The translations under genes were made by a program, and so were the position numbers. From Octopus sinensis (lineage: Eukaryota), in NCBI RefSeq assembly GCF_006345805.1, contig NC_043010.1:57226001-57290000 (forward strand): 64,000 nt of DNA, read 5' to 3'. Positions 13,840-28,237 of the stretch are shown here, piece by piece. How positions within the stretch are numbered: the first letter of the stretch is position 1; every line of letters starts with the position of its first letter. The notes below the pieces were generated by a model. That model was given only the letters and a program-made list of their open reading frames with translations, ran no database searches and was not told where the DNA came from.

Positions 13840-15714
13840 CATATACCATACCCAGAATGCACTGCTATGTTTGATCTGGCTCTCTGTTCTTTGTGGTCAA
13901 ATCTCACTAAGGTCCCCTTGGCCTCTCATCCATTCTAGGTCAATGGATAAAGTACCCAACGTGGGGCTGGTTTGGCCCTCCCTCCTTCTCTAATATCACA
14001 TCCTAATATCATCATCATTATTATTAAGAGTGTGACTATGGGAAATTTTTGTTAGTAGACATTTACCGTTTGTGAAACTGTGTTCAAAATAAGAGATTCC
14101 TGTTGGTCACTTGACCTGCTAGAAACATCAGTCAAATCAACCTCTTATTGTACCATGCTGTCTTAATAAATTAATAAATAAAACCATGCTGATAATTTGG
14201 TTGTAGGTTTCTTACATTGAGGAACAAATGATATAGTCATGGTTGGAAAGCTTTTGATCATACCTTAGCTAAATCAGGGTTGACCTGAAAATATACAACA
14301 AACTGCTACCACCACAACCACATCTTAACAGTGTCACCACAACTACAGACTTTCACTACCATTACACATGGCTGCTCACAGCTCCCCTCCAATGCCACAT
14401 GCCTACAAAGCGGCACTCTAGATGACAAATCAATGTTAGAAATAGCAGCCAGCTTTCCCTTAAATCACACCCTACCTTCTTATATAAAGTCAGTATAGTA
14501 GATAATGTGTGAAATCTACTTTTAGAAAAGTTTAGAAGCCTGGGCATGGCTGGAATGCCTATTATTGCAGATCTACAGTAGCAACTATAACCATATAAAC
14601 AAAGGAAAAAAAAAGTCTTCTGAGACTTTCAACCAGCAAGATATTCTTCAAATCATACTCGACCATTTACAAATGAATAATCGTTAACTGATTTAATCAA
14701 AGATTCAATTTATCGTCATAAATAAAAAAAAAAGAATGATCAGTTATTGGATACATTTGATCAAACAACAACCAGAATAACAACAACAACAACGATTCTG
14801 TTAAAAAAATGTTTTAAATATTTTGTTAAGCTCTTTCAGGTTGAAACCATTTTTGAACTTAAATGAAACATGAAGGTGGTTTATAACCATGAAAGGGTCA
14901 TTATATGGCAGAAACTGGCCAGAATGAAGAATGTGTGTGTATAGGACTGAACAGTTTACCAAAAGACAGTAAAACTGAATTACGTTTGCTGATATTCACT
15001 AAAGCCAATGTCACATTGTCTATTCAAGACAGCAGAGGAACCTGTCAAATTTGGCCAATTCTCTAGAATAATTGGACAGTGATCTCTCCTTACAGGCCTT
15101 CATATACAATAACCATTGAAGCAAATGTAGGCATCTTAGCAATGGGTTCCACATCTCTCATCTGCGTTTCTCTTGCACAAATTGAAAGCACTCAAGGTAC
15201 TTAACATTCTCTTTCTAATTGCTGAATCATCCTCAAAAAAAAAAAAAATGACGATGATGATGATGGTGATGATGATGATAAAATAAATAACATAAAATCA
15301 AATACAAAAAATGCAAGCAAGAAAAATAAAACACTCACACCACACAGATGTATATATACACAAGCATACACACACACACGCGCACGCACACACTCACACA
15401 CACACACATACACACACACACGCACACACACACTCACACACACGCACACACACACCTTCTCTCAAAAAGTAAAAGGAAGCAAGAGAAATCAATACAATAT
15501 GTATTTGTGTAAGTAGACATGTTTGAGAAAAAAGAAAAAAAAAGAAAAAAAAGAAAAGAAGAAGAAGAAATAAATGTGGCAATAATGAGTTGTGAAGTAA
15601 ATAGGCTTCTGGAATATTTTTGGTTACTTATCAGAAATTATTTCTTATTTTCCATGTAACCCATTTTCACAGGATGCCTTTTCAGGAAAAATCACGTTTT
15701 CTTCAAGTTTCTTA

Positions 15715-15739
15715 TATGTACATATATATATATATGCAA

Positions 15740-15788
<49 letters not shown>

Positions 15789-15894
15789 CATACATACATA
15801 CACACACATAGCTATATATATGGCTATGTACATACATACATATGTATATACATATACAGACATACACATATATATGTGATAATTATAATCATAT

Positions 15895-15928
<34 letters not shown>

Positions 15929-16345
15929 TTCTATGTATACACACACACACACATACACACATATATATATGGTATATGTCTATGTGTGTGTGTGTGTGTA
16001 TATAACTATATAACATTTGCAAACAGACACACAGACAGACAGGCAGACATACAGACAGACGTGCACAAAAGTATTCGCAAAACTCTGAGTTGGAACAGAG
16101 AGTAATTCTCTGCATTACAATTAATATCTGTACTCTACTTCTGTAGTGAGTGCTTATGCTTCTCTGTAACCCCTCCATGTGTGTGTGTGTGTGTGTGTAT
16201 GTATATAAATGTGTGTGTATGTGTTTGTAAATAAGAGTGTGACTGTTTATGTGTACATATAGTTTCATACGTATGGATGTATATGGAAAATATTCATACA
16301 AATCATATATGAATATGAGTTGGTGTATATATATATATGTATATA

Positions 16346-16388
<43 letters not shown>

Positions 16389-16906
16389 TATATACATATA
16401 TATTATACACCAACTCATATTCATATATATATATATATATATTCAATATATATCACTGCCACACACACACACACACCAAACCGTAATTATATATATCCGT
16501 ACATATGAAAAAAAATTGTTTTATCTGTGACAGAATAATTATTTCCTATTTCCTAACTGTAGTGTAGCTGCAATAATCAACTCTATCTGATTTGAATGCA
16601 AAAATATGACCCAAGGTTTCATTTAGTGAAATGGATATTAAAGACTGTCACACACGCATACACGCATATGCACACACATGCCGACTCACAGACACACACA
16701 GATGCATTCACACTAATCATATCCATCACTTCCACATGCACACACACACACACATGTATTATTACTCACATGGAGTTTTCTTTTCACATTTTTCTAATTT
16801 CTCATTCCCTTTCATTACAGAAGTGTTCTTGTGCACACACACACACACACATACTGAGAATACTTATGTAAATGTGTACTACTATATATATTATATATAT
16901 ATATAT

Positions 16907-16950
<44 letters not shown>

Positions 16951-17131
16951 TAGGTATGTATTATGTGAGTAATATATATAATTTATACACATATGCACAT
17001 TATATATGTGTGTATGTTTGAAATGAATTGTAATATAATTATATGCTTAATACACACTGACACATACATACATGTATATATATGTATATATACATATACA
17101 TGATACATATATATATGTATAAACATATCCA

Positions 17132-17173
<42 letters not shown>

Positions 17174-17183
17174 ACATATTATA

Positions 17184-17245
<62 letters not shown>

Positions 17246-18226
17246 TATATATTATGTGTGTGTGTGTGTGTGTGTGTCTGTCGTGTGTGTATGTGTATAT
17301 ATATACTAAGACATTCACCATAGAGCAATATATCATGATGATTTATATTATATATATATAATGTTTGTGTGTGTGAGTTAATATGATCAGTGAACTGCAT
17401 ATTATAGTTAGAATTACACACACTACTTTTATGAATATATTTATACATATGCACACACACACACACACACACTTATGTCCACATGCTTGCATGGATATAT
17501 ATATATATTCTATATATATATATATACCAAGGATATGTCTATCTACGTGCATACATAACTACATAGGAGCACATTGTTATTAAAGTCGCTGGTAATCAAT
17601 ATCCCTCCCCCTCCCCCCCCCCACAACCCACCTGCCTACCAGGTGCTAATTAAAGACTGATGTTTGTGTGAACTGAATTACACTAACATTGTGCAAGCAA
17701 ATGAAAGCTTGCAACAATTCCCATTCACACACACACACACACATATACATACACAGAAATATGTATATAAATGTATATATATATGTACGCATGTATTTAT
17801 ATATATATTTATGTACGTACATATGTGTGTGTGTGTGAGTGTGTGTTTGTGTGTGTATATAGGTGCATACATACATACATACATACACCACATACATACA
17901 TACATACTTACATACATACATACATACATACTACATACATACATACATACTACATAATACATACACACATACATACCCACATACATACATACATCATACA
18001 TACATACATACTTACATACACACATACATACATACATACACACATACATACATACATACATACATCATACATACTACACACATACATACATACATCCTAC
18101 ATCATACATACACATACATACTTACATACACACATACACACATACATACATACATACATATATATATATATATACTTATGCATATGTTTTTTATATTTAT
18201 ATATATATTTATGAAATATTTGCATG

Positions 18227-18259
<33 letters not shown>

Positions 18260-18532
18260 GCACACACATGTATATGTGTAAGATTTGGATTTATGTATGC
18301 ATGCATACACATATGCTCATAGACATGTATAAGTAGAATGATAGTTATGTAGATGATGATGATGATGATGAAGAGGAGGGTGAGGATGTTGAAATCCATA
18401 GATATATATTCATATCTTGATATGTAAATATATATATATACATATAAAAGTATGTATGTATGTATGTGTATGTATATATATATATATTTGTATATGTATA
18501 TGTATGTATATATATTATATATATATATATAT

Positions 18533-18583
<51 letters not shown>

Positions 18584-18711
18584 TAGATATAGATATAGAT
18601 ATATGTATATATAAAGGTATACATATGTATATGTATCTATACCTATATATATATGTGTATATGCATATCTATATCCATATGTATGTATGCATGTATGTAT
18701 GTATGTATGTA

Positions 18712-18756
<45 letters not shown>

Positions 18757-18817
18757 CATCATCATCATCGTTTAACGTCCGTTCTCCAGATGTTAAACGA
18801 TGATGATGATGATATTG

Positions 18818-18849
<32 letters not shown>

Positions 18850-18860
18850 TAATATATATC

Positions 18861-18904
<44 letters not shown>

Positions 18905-19526
18905 TTATATATATATACATACAGATGTTATATATAGGTCTATATATATGTACATATATATCTATGGATATACTCACAAGCATACACTAAGGTGTATATG
19001 AGTATTACATATTATATATATAGTATATATATATATATATGTGTGTATATATATATATATCTATATGTGTGGTGTGTATGTATATATATATATATATATA
19101 TGTGTGTGTATATATATATATATATATCATATATATATATATATTTGTGTGTGTGTGTATGTATATATATATATATTTGTGTGTATGTGTGCATATGTAT
19201 GTATTGTGATAAAGTGGCTTCATCTAAAAGATGGCTGCATGCTGCACTTAGGAAAGACTGTCATGTAATTCTTTGGGAAGAACTTCTCAGTGTCCACAAT
19301 CGTCATCTAATTTGTTGTTGTTGTTGTTGCTTTTGTTGTTACTGTTGTAAACTCTTTCTTAACTTTAGAGTCCTCCACACTGGATATATTCCACTTGCCA
19401 CTTATACACTTTATAAGATTGAGCCTGTCACATACATACAATCACTCACATCAACACACATATGGATGTATATGTATTTTAGCTGATATGTATATATATA
19501 TATATATATTCACATGTTTATGAATC

Positions 19527-19564
<38 letters not shown>

Positions 19565-19565
19565 A
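15715..19565. repeat. extended compound (TA)n/(CA)n/(TACA)n/(GATA)n microsatellite field
   Basis: Simple repeats dominate, separated by short unique islands. Confidence 0.9.
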
Positions 19566-19739
19566 TGTTATATACTTTTATTTAGGCCGAATGGTATATA
19601 TATATATACCATTCTGCCAAATAATGGAACTGCAGATACAATATCCCTGCATATCTCACGTCTGTTTTCATTCCTCCACTTCACTCTCTATTTCATATCT
19701 TATCTAGAATGACTATTGCTTAACGATTTTCTCAGACCA

Positions 19740-19785
19740 TCTCCAATGAAGGGATATATAAAATATCCCGGAAACAGCTGTAAGA
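19740..19785 (+). ncRNA. decayed hammerhead ribozyme motif
   Basis: TCT-CCAATGA-A-GGGATAT ataaa ATATCCC-G-GAAA-C agct G-TA-AGA. Stems II and III and the GUA triplet are intact, but the core is CCAATGA rather than CTGANGA. Confidence 0.55.
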
Positions 19786-19851
19786 CCTTCTCTTTATAAA
19801 TGTTCAGAAATATTTCACAGCCTTGGGTTTTTATCTCATTCTGTTATATAC

Positions 19852-19896
<45 letters not shown>

Positions 19897-20112
19897 CATC
19901 CATCCATCCATCCATCCAGGACTGAACCTGGAACCATGTGGTTGGGAAGCAAGCTTCTTACTACACAGCCATGCCTATATAGTGCATCTTTTACTTATTT
20001 CAGTCATTGGACTGTGGCCATGCTTGGGGCCCTGCCTTAAAGAGTTTTTGTCAAACAAATGAAACCCAGTATTAGTTTTTTAAAGTTGGGTACTTATTCT
20101 GTTAGTTGATTA

Positions 20113-20270
20113 GATTGACCCCAGTATACAACTGGTACTTAATTTATCGACCCCCAAAAGGATTAAAGACAAAGTCGACTTCTGCAGAATTTGAACTCAG
20201 AATGTAAAGACAGACAAAATACCGATAGGCATTTTACCTGGTGTGCTAACGTTTCTGCCAGCTCACCACC
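20113..20270 (-). mobile_element. tRNA-derived SINE family B
   Basis: attgaccccagt...aatttgaactcagaa...gctaacgtttctgccagctcacc is homologous to 49125-49354. Confidence 0.85.
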
Positions 20271-21244
20271 ATATTTTGTCTATATATACATTGAAATATA
20301 TATATGGGCAGCCAGATCGAAATAAGTGTTGGCATGTGCTTGTATATGTGTGCATATATATATAAATATAAAAATGGAACAAAAACGCAATAGAGGGCAG
20401 TGAAATATTAGGACAGATAGACAATACAAATGTGGACAAGAGAAACAACAACTAGAAGGACAGGCGAAAAAAGACGGGTCATTCATGGCCTTCTTTCCTC
20501 AGTCAAGTCCCAGAAGTCACGACTATTTCAGACAGTTACACTTGAGATGGTTCGATCTGGTTGCCCATATATATATTTATAAATGTATGTATGCATGTAT
20601 GTATGTGAATGCGTATGTGTGGTGTGTGTGTGTCTGTGTGTGTGTGTGTGTGTCTGTGTGTAGTTTGTGTAGGTTTGGTGAAGTGGTTAAAGAAATTTGA
20701 TTCCCAGTCCTAAGGCTTTGGGTTCAAACTCAATGTCCATTAAGTGGGGCCAGTGGAGTTTCACAGAACCTCAGTACAATGCATGTCGTGTGACTAAAAT
20801 AAGTGGAATTAGGGAGATAGAAATTGCATGGAAGCCCTTCAGAAGGACTTTGTGGTTACTCACAATGCCAGCTTTGCCCACACACACAGAGTCATGATAA
20901 TTCTGCATGTGAATTATCATATCACGATTACAAGTAGCTATGGAGCACTCAGCCACTTAGACTATGTTTGAATGTAAAGATATTTAAGTGTGGAAGTCTA
21001 TGTGTGAGTGGGTTACGAGCTAGGTGGCTGCGTCACAAGTGCCAGTGCCACGAGAACAGCACCGAGGAGGCTCTGTAATGTGGTTGGTGTTAGGAAGGAA
21101 AGAACAGCCATTGAAAGCGTGCCACATGTGAGTCATTGAAGAGCAACATGGTCCTCTGGTTCACTGGATTCAGATAAGATGGCCAACCCAAGCCAGCATG
21201 GAATGCAGGCGTTAACTCATGATGATAATGATGATGATGATGAT

Positions 21245-21286
<42 letters not shown>

Positions 21287-21474
21287 CTAACATATATACT
21301 TATAAATATAATAAAAATAAGCAACAGGATATCAAGAAGTGATGCAGTACAACCGTTTCAAGCAGTATATAAATTTATACATACATACACACACACACAC
21401 ACATATATATACATATATATATATGTATCATCTTCATCATCATCATCGTTAACGTCCGTATATATACATACATA

Positions 21475-21526
<52 letters not shown>

Positions 21527-21723
21527 TATAATTATATATATATATACATACATATATATATATATATATATAAATAATATAGATTATATATATATATATA
21601 TATATTATATATAGATATATACCGGAGTAAACACATAAATGTGAAACAAGGTGGAAAAAAGAGTACTCAAATACCAGTGAGAGTAATATGCTTTATTTAA
21701 AGCAGCAGAAAATTCAACAAATT

Positions 21724-21759
21724 TGTTACTCTGAGTTTCTCGTTGCCGTTCATCAGACA
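21724..21759 (-). ncRNA. type I hammerhead ribozyme motif (antisense copy)
   Basis: Minus strand: TGT-CTGATGA-A-CG gcaa CG-A-GAAA-CTC a GAG-TA-ACA. Confidence 0.7.
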
Positions 21760-21783
21760 TTTCTGCTAGAAACTAGCAAAAAC

Positions 21784-21819
21784 TGTCTGATGAACGGCAA
21801 CGAGAAACTCAGAGTAACA
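21784..21819 (+). ncRNA. type I hammerhead ribozyme motif
   Basis: TGT-CTGATGA-A-CG gcaa CG-A-GAAA-CTC a GAG-TA-ACA. Canonical core, GNRA-capped stem II, GUA triplet. Confidence 0.7.
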
Positions 21820-21851
21820 AATTTTGTTGAATTTTCTGCTGCTTTAAATAA

Positions 21852-21921
<70 letters not shown>

Positions 21922-22216
21922 TACATATATATACATTTATATATACATGTATGGATATATATATATATATGTATGGATATATATATCTATACACACACAC
22001 ACACACATATACAAAATGTGATGTTATTCCACTATGACTAGATATCTTTAATCTCTGATGATACGGACGCTAAATGATGATGATGATGATGATGATACAT
22101 CTTCCTCTTATGCGTATGTAAATGAATGTATGTGTTTGCGTATGTGTATGTATGTGTGTGTGTGTGTTTGCATATGTGTATGTGTGTGTGTGTGTGTTTG
22201 AGTGTGTGTGTGTGTT

Positions 22217-22256
<40 letters not shown>

Positions 22257-22648
22257 TGCTGACTTATTCTAGTCTTAAACTTAAATACTTCACATTTTGA
22301 CAGGAAAATTAGAAATGACTAAAAGTTGAGAAATTTATTATTTTGAAAATCCTTTATTTTTTTCAACCAGAAATGACACATACAGCTTTTTCTCACACAA
22401 ATACATCACCCTCACACACGTGTTCGCACACACACAACCTCCCTCCCATACAAACACACACACACACGCACGCATGTTTACATTTCCATGTAACGATACA
22501 CCTGACTGATTCTGTTTTGGCCCTTCAATGGACCCTGAACACGGACTTACTCAGCTGACCATACAATCATCCTTAAAATGGTGTTATGACAAACACACCC
22601 ACTCATAGACACAGCCGCCCCCCACACACACATACATGCATGCACATG

Positions 22649-22679
<31 letters not shown>

Positions 22680-22819
22680 TATATATATACACACACACAT
22701 GAACACTCATACACATATGCATACGCAATCATATGAAAAAACAGGTGCACACTCAGGCACAGATCTTCCCAACCATACATGTGTGTGTGTGTGTGTGTGT
22801 GCATATGTGTATATATATT

Positions 22820-23039
22820 TATTTCTTTATTGCCCACAAGGGGCTAAACATAGAGGGGACAAACAAGGACAGACGAAGGGATTAAGTCGATTAGATTGAC
22901 CCCAGTGCATAACGAGTACCTATTTAATTGACCCGAAAGGATGAAAGGCAAAGTCGATCTCAGTGGAATTTGAACTCAGAACGTAGCAGCAGACGAAATA
23001 CCACCAAACATTTTGCCTGGTGTGCTAACGGTTCTGCCA
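22820..23039 (-). mobile_element. tRNA-derived SINE family B
   Basis: Near full-length match to 49125-49354. Confidence 0.9.
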
Positions 23040-23375
23040 TACACATGCAAAAATATATATGCATACACACACGTACTCACACACACATGCACTCACACAC
23101 AAAGACACACACACATACACACATGTATAGATAGATAGATCGATATATATAAAGATAACCGAATAGCCTGATGAACTGGTACACACAAACACACATAAAG
23201 ACAAAAGTAAAATGCCCATACGCACATACACAAACACATGCACATGTACACACACACACACCACACACACACACACTTACACATCCATACCCAGAGTGCT
23301 GCACATGTAGATTATTGTTAGTCTGAAATATAGAGTCATGCAAAGATATAATCAAACATGCTTGAGTAAACTTAC

Positions 23376-23472
23376 CGTCAGATATTTACGGAGGCAGAAG
23401 AGGGACAGAAGAGGATGGTCGACGAATGCGTGCAGACGGAGAGTTTTGCCAGAGACAAGCATTCTCAGGCTT
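23376..23472 (-). other. candidate exon (gene unknown)
   Basis: GC-richer unique island bounded on the minus strand by ...ccaatag| and |gtaagt. One open frame reads SLRMLVSGKTLRLHAFVDHPLLSLFCLRKYLT. Plus-strand frames are also open, so the strand is uncertain. Confidence 0.25.
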
Positions 23473-23637
23473 CTATTGGCACATGCGAATACAGGCATAC
23501 ACAATCGAAGGAACACATGGGCACATGGGCACATGTGTGTGTGAGTGTGTGTGTGTGTGCATGTATAGAGAGAGAGAGAGAGAGAGAGAAAGATAAATAC
23601 ATACATACATGTATATAGATATAGACATACATACATG

Positions 23638-23670
<33 letters not shown>

Positions 23671-23785
23671 ATATATATACACGTATATATATATACACGT
23701 ATATATATATACACACACACTTATAGCAAGTTCACTTGGGCTGACATTCTGACAGACATATACATATATTTACATACTTTCTGGT

Positions 23786-23826
<41 letters not shown>

Positions 23827-24224
23827 AACACACACACCACACACAGCGCACACATAAAATCACATACATATATGTATGTGTATGTATATATATATGTTTA
23901 TACACATATGTATGTTATGTATATATAAACATATATAAACATGTACAATACACACCCACATAACATTCTTTAATATACTATGATAGGTATATATTCTTTT
24001 ACAGATGACAATCATACTTACATGCACACACGCCAACACCCACATATACACATACACATGCAGAGACACAGACCCCCACCTCATATATATATATATATAT
24101 ATATATATACATGCTCAATCATACTTTCTCATTTTCATGTTAACTTATACATACTTGTAAAATATGAACTATAGAAGTACATACAATTATTCTGTCACAT
24201 GCATATACACACATATACTTGTGA

Positions 24225-24297
<73 letters not shown>

Positions 24298-24352
24298 GTA
24301 TGTACACATGCATACATACATACATACAAACATATAAAAACATACAAATATG

Positions 24353-24490
<138 letters not shown>

Positions 24491-24912
24491 ATATATATCC
24501 ATGTATGTGTATGTGAGTGTGATACTATATAATATTCAAAATAATATCCCCCTTCTTCGTACTTTAAAACAAATTTTTTTTCTTCCCCCCCAAGAAACAT
24601 GAGGTTAGTGCCTTACCTTCATTGTTCACTTGTGTTATTGTTTGCTGTGATTGGAGCTGTTTATCCAGCCACTCTCTTCTTCATCTTCCATCCACTATAA
24701 CTGCTGCTGTCGTGTGACACTGGCTTTATGTCGATGGACTCGCCAGTCAGTGGGTGCCTGCTGATGCTCCAACTTTACTTCTTCGCTGTGTGTATATTTC
24801 TGTGTTTGTGTGTTTGCTTGTCACTATATCACTGTACGCACATGTGTATGTGTGTGCCAGTGTGTGTGTACGTGTGTGTACAAGTGCTGTGTGTGTTCCG
24901 TCTTATTTCTAG

Positions 24913-25010
24913 TTGATGGGGTTCAAATGGAGAGGGCATTCGAAGCCATATTTTCTTCTGTTTCAGCCAATCTTCAAAAGACACTTGAACAGAACAGTGA
25001 TCAAAATTAA
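24913..25010 (+). CDS. candidate terminal coding exon (unidentified protein)
   Basis: Pyrimidine-rich acceptor ttccgtcttatttctag|, frame xDGVQMERAFEAIFSSVSANLQKTLEQNSDQN*, AATAAA at 25050-25055. Confidence 0.3.
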
Positions 25011-25160
25011 TATGCATAATTCTGCTTTTCAGGAGAAAATGTATTAATCAATAAACGCTTAGCTGACACAGAAAAGTCCGGAATATTGCTTTGCTTATTA
25101 AATTACTTCTTGTTAGCACCTATTTGAAAACGGAATGGAGGTCCTGAGATTTCCCAAACT

Positions 25161-25249
25161 GTTGCCGGCGGTAAAATTCAGAACAGAAGCTTTGACTTTT
25201 CACCTAGCAACCGAAACTCTCTTTAATGGATGCTGGTTGCTATGGTGAG
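25161..25249. promoter_or_regulatory. cluster of RFX X-box-like motifs
   Basis: gttgccggcggtaa (25161), ttcacctagcaac (25199) and gttgctatggtgag (25236), compared with the consensus GTTGCCATGGCAAC. Confidence 0.3.
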
Positions 25250-25626
25250 GCCAACTTATTTGAACTTTTCAAATATAAAGAAAACTCTTTTACAATGTCA
25301 GGCTTAAAACTGGAACTGATATCTTGGAAAAAAAATTAGGAATTTTCAATGATTTAAATTCTGATGTTTCATTTTAAAATTATCTTTACATTTGTGAAAA
25401 TTAATAGTTTCCTAATTAATCTTGGTGTATTAATTACTGTCAGAAACTCGTCTTTAAATGTTATATATTGTCTGGTGGATATCTCACAGTAATATCAGGT
25501 TAATTATCAAATAGAAATTATACAGAAGGGACAAAGAAACTGTTGTGTTCATGAAATTCACTGACAGTTATATAATCATGGACTTTAGGAAGATACTGTT
25601 GCAATAAGCTACCATTCCTTTAGGAT

Positions 25627-25670
<44 letters not shown>

Positions 25671-25679
25671 AGTAATGAT

Positions 25680-26158
25680 ATGGTTCTCATGGCTTCTGAT
25701 CTTAACTGATTGGAAGTGTTATCATGAACCTTGTTTTATCTTGGTATAAAAGATGGCCCTACAGTAAATACTCTGCTCAATACCACAGATTTGCTTGTCA
25801 GTTGGGGAGCATCATTGGCAAGTGTTGAGAGGAATTATTTGGGGTTTGAATAATTCACCTCTGGAAACATGGTTTTGTTCATCATCCATAAATAAATCTT
25901 ATTCAGAGACCGTTTGAGCAGGATGGACTACTGGACCTGAAGAAAATTCTAACTGGGCCCCACCTGCAAGGTCATGTGCTGTTTATCTTGATATGAGATC
26001 ACCATGTTGCACACATGTAGTTATGATGCATATGCCTGGTGTACTCTTATCAGATGAGTAGTCATGCTGGGTATATTGGACTTCATATATTTGTACCCCA
26101 GTGTCACTTTGATAGCATGCACTGCTCTCTCACTCAATAATAATAATAATAATAATAA
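25680..26158 (+). mobile_element. unclassified retroposon-like segment with (TAA)n tail
   Basis: Unique-looking block between (GAT)n and a (TAA)n tail; no recognisable protein motif. Confidence 0.3.
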
Positions 26159-26405
26159 AGGTATTTTCTAATTCAGACCCAAGGCCAACAATTTTGTGGG
26201 CAGGGGTATTTGACTGGTATTTTACTTTATTTTGCTTGATTCGTGTTATCACCCTTGGAAGGATGAAAGACAAAGTTGACCTCGGCAGGATTTGAACTTG
26301 GAATGTAAAGAATCAGAAGAAACAGCACCAGGCATTTTATCCATTGCTCAACTGATTCTGACAACTCATAATTTTGTTTCATAGAAACAATTTCTGATAT
26401 AATAA

Positions 26406-27559
26406 TGTTACGCTGCCACTCAGGCCCAAGGCCTTCCGATGCCACCACGTGCCCTAAGTCATGACGATGACACTCAGTAAACCAGAAATCCACCACGGGA
26501 AGTGGGGAAGGCAGCGAATGCAGCCAGGAACCAACACAACAACAAAAGAAGAGACACAGGCGGAAGTTGCGTAATTCAACCCTTTTTTTCTTTAACAAAA
26601 CCAAAGCATTCCAAAACAAAGGTTGACAAATCATGTACAGAGTTCGAAGAACAAATCATTTAGCATTTGACACAATACTGTTCGGTCTTTTTCAAGACAA
26701 ATCATTTTACATTTAACGCAAAGTTCACAATCAACAGTCTCTTAGAGCCCCACTTTCCTCTGTTTTTTTTTTTAACACGACAGTCATCAAAAAGTTCCTT
26801 CTGCTTTTAAAAACATTTCCAAGTCCTTTTTTTTCTTCCTTTTCTTTTCTTTTAAAAGCAGCCAACAACACCCTCTTTTTTTCTTTTCAACGGTTACGCC
26901 AGAGCCTCTCTTTTTTTTTTCATTTCCACAGCACATCGTCTCTTCTCTTCTGTTTTTTTCAAAGAACATTTACATTTAAACATTAGAATTCAAAACATAC
27001 AGAAAAACAACATTGCCGGAACATTTGTTTCTTAAATTCGCACCCGCAACAATTTTTAACTTCACAAACTCCCAGTATAACAACTTGCCTGACTGCTCGT
27101 TGTCATCTCTCGCTGTCAGTCTGCGACTGTCATCTTGGCTGCCTCTTGTCCTGTCTCTCTCCCACTCACTTGTCTGTCTCTATCCGTCATCATCTCTAAC
27201 TCACTCCCTGGTCATGGTCTCCGCTCACACTGACCGTCTGTCTTTCTCTCACTGACTGACTCTCACCGACTGACCCTTTCACTTAATGCTAGCTATATTT
27301 ATAACGGCCAGCAGCTAGAAGAAGAGAGATATCGATGACAGCAGTGTGTAGATCCCTTCCCAACATTTTTATTTTTTAAAACTTTCCGTGACCATGTGGG
27401 GCCATAGATCACTGCCAAGGGCCATTAATAATCATGCTCTTTGACAGAACAAAGGAAATACCATTGCCCTGAACAACTGGAGCGCCGGTTCAATTCCAAC
27501 TAATGGAACAAGGGGCATAATGTTTTTTTGTTCGTTTACTTTTCCTTGCGTCCGTAACA
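26406..27559 (-). mobile_element. solo LTR (Gypsy-like)
   Basis: Termini TGTTACG...CGTAACA form a 7-bp inverted repeat; 4-bp TSD ataa/ataa; minus-strand TATAAATA near 27296-27303; CpG-richer than the flanks. Confidence 0.7.
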
Positions 27560-27564
27560 ATAAT

Positions 27565-27937
27565 AATTTCTAAGATAGGCACAGGGTGGTGGGAGGGAAA
27601 AGTCAATTATATTGACCCTGCCCCCCCCCCCCCAGGACTTGATGCGTGTTTTATTGACCCAAAATGATGGAGGGCAAATCCAACTTCATTGGGATTTGAA
27701 CTCAGACCGTAAAGAGCAGAAGCAAAGCCCCACAATACATTTTGTCTGATCCTTCAACAATTTTCAAAAGTCAACACATTAAAATTGGTTTCAAATTTTG
27801 GCACAAGGCCAGCAATTGGGGGGGGGGGGTCCAGTTGATTACGTTGACCCCAGTGCTTAACTTGTATTTATTTTATCAACTACAATAAGATGAAAGGCAA
27901 AGTTGACCTCGGCAGAATTTGAACTCAGAATATAAAG
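27565..27937 (-). mobile_element. two tandem decayed SINE B copies
   Basis: Repeated ggcacaagg...gacccc...gatgaaaggcaaagttgacctcggcagaatttgaactcag. Confidence 0.75.
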
Positions 27938-28187
27938 ACTAATGAGATGCTGCCTGGCATGCTCCCGATTGTGCCAATTGACCACCTTTCACATAAAGCT
28001 CATGGGATACAGATGTAGTGCAGGACTTGAAACCATGATCTCGCAGTTGTGAGTACAATGCCCTAACCACTAAGCCATGCACCCTCACGTATAACACAGT
28101 TATATATTGACTGCTGTCTGTGTGGTATAATTGTGAACAACGATGTACATGTACCTCCCCAACACACACACACACACACACACACAG

Positions 28188-28237
<50 letters not shown>

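Larger units (their letters stand above)
21689..21855. repeat. near-perfect hairpin, about 80-bp stem with 3-nt loop
   Basis: tgctttatttaaagcagcag...catcagacatttctgctag AAA ctagcaaaaactgtctgatga...gctttaaataaagca. Confidence 0.9.

Noticed and set aside
14905-15204. two consecutive same-frame segments separated by one TAG
   Set aside because: No recognisable homology; a pseudogene, exon or readthrough call cannot be supported.
15645-19486. many YI/HT/CV-rich ORFs
   Set aside because: They are dinucleotide-repeat translations.
23160-23185. CTGATGA next to a microsatellite (also at about 8515)
   Set aside because: No GAAA or stem partner; at best a truncated relic.
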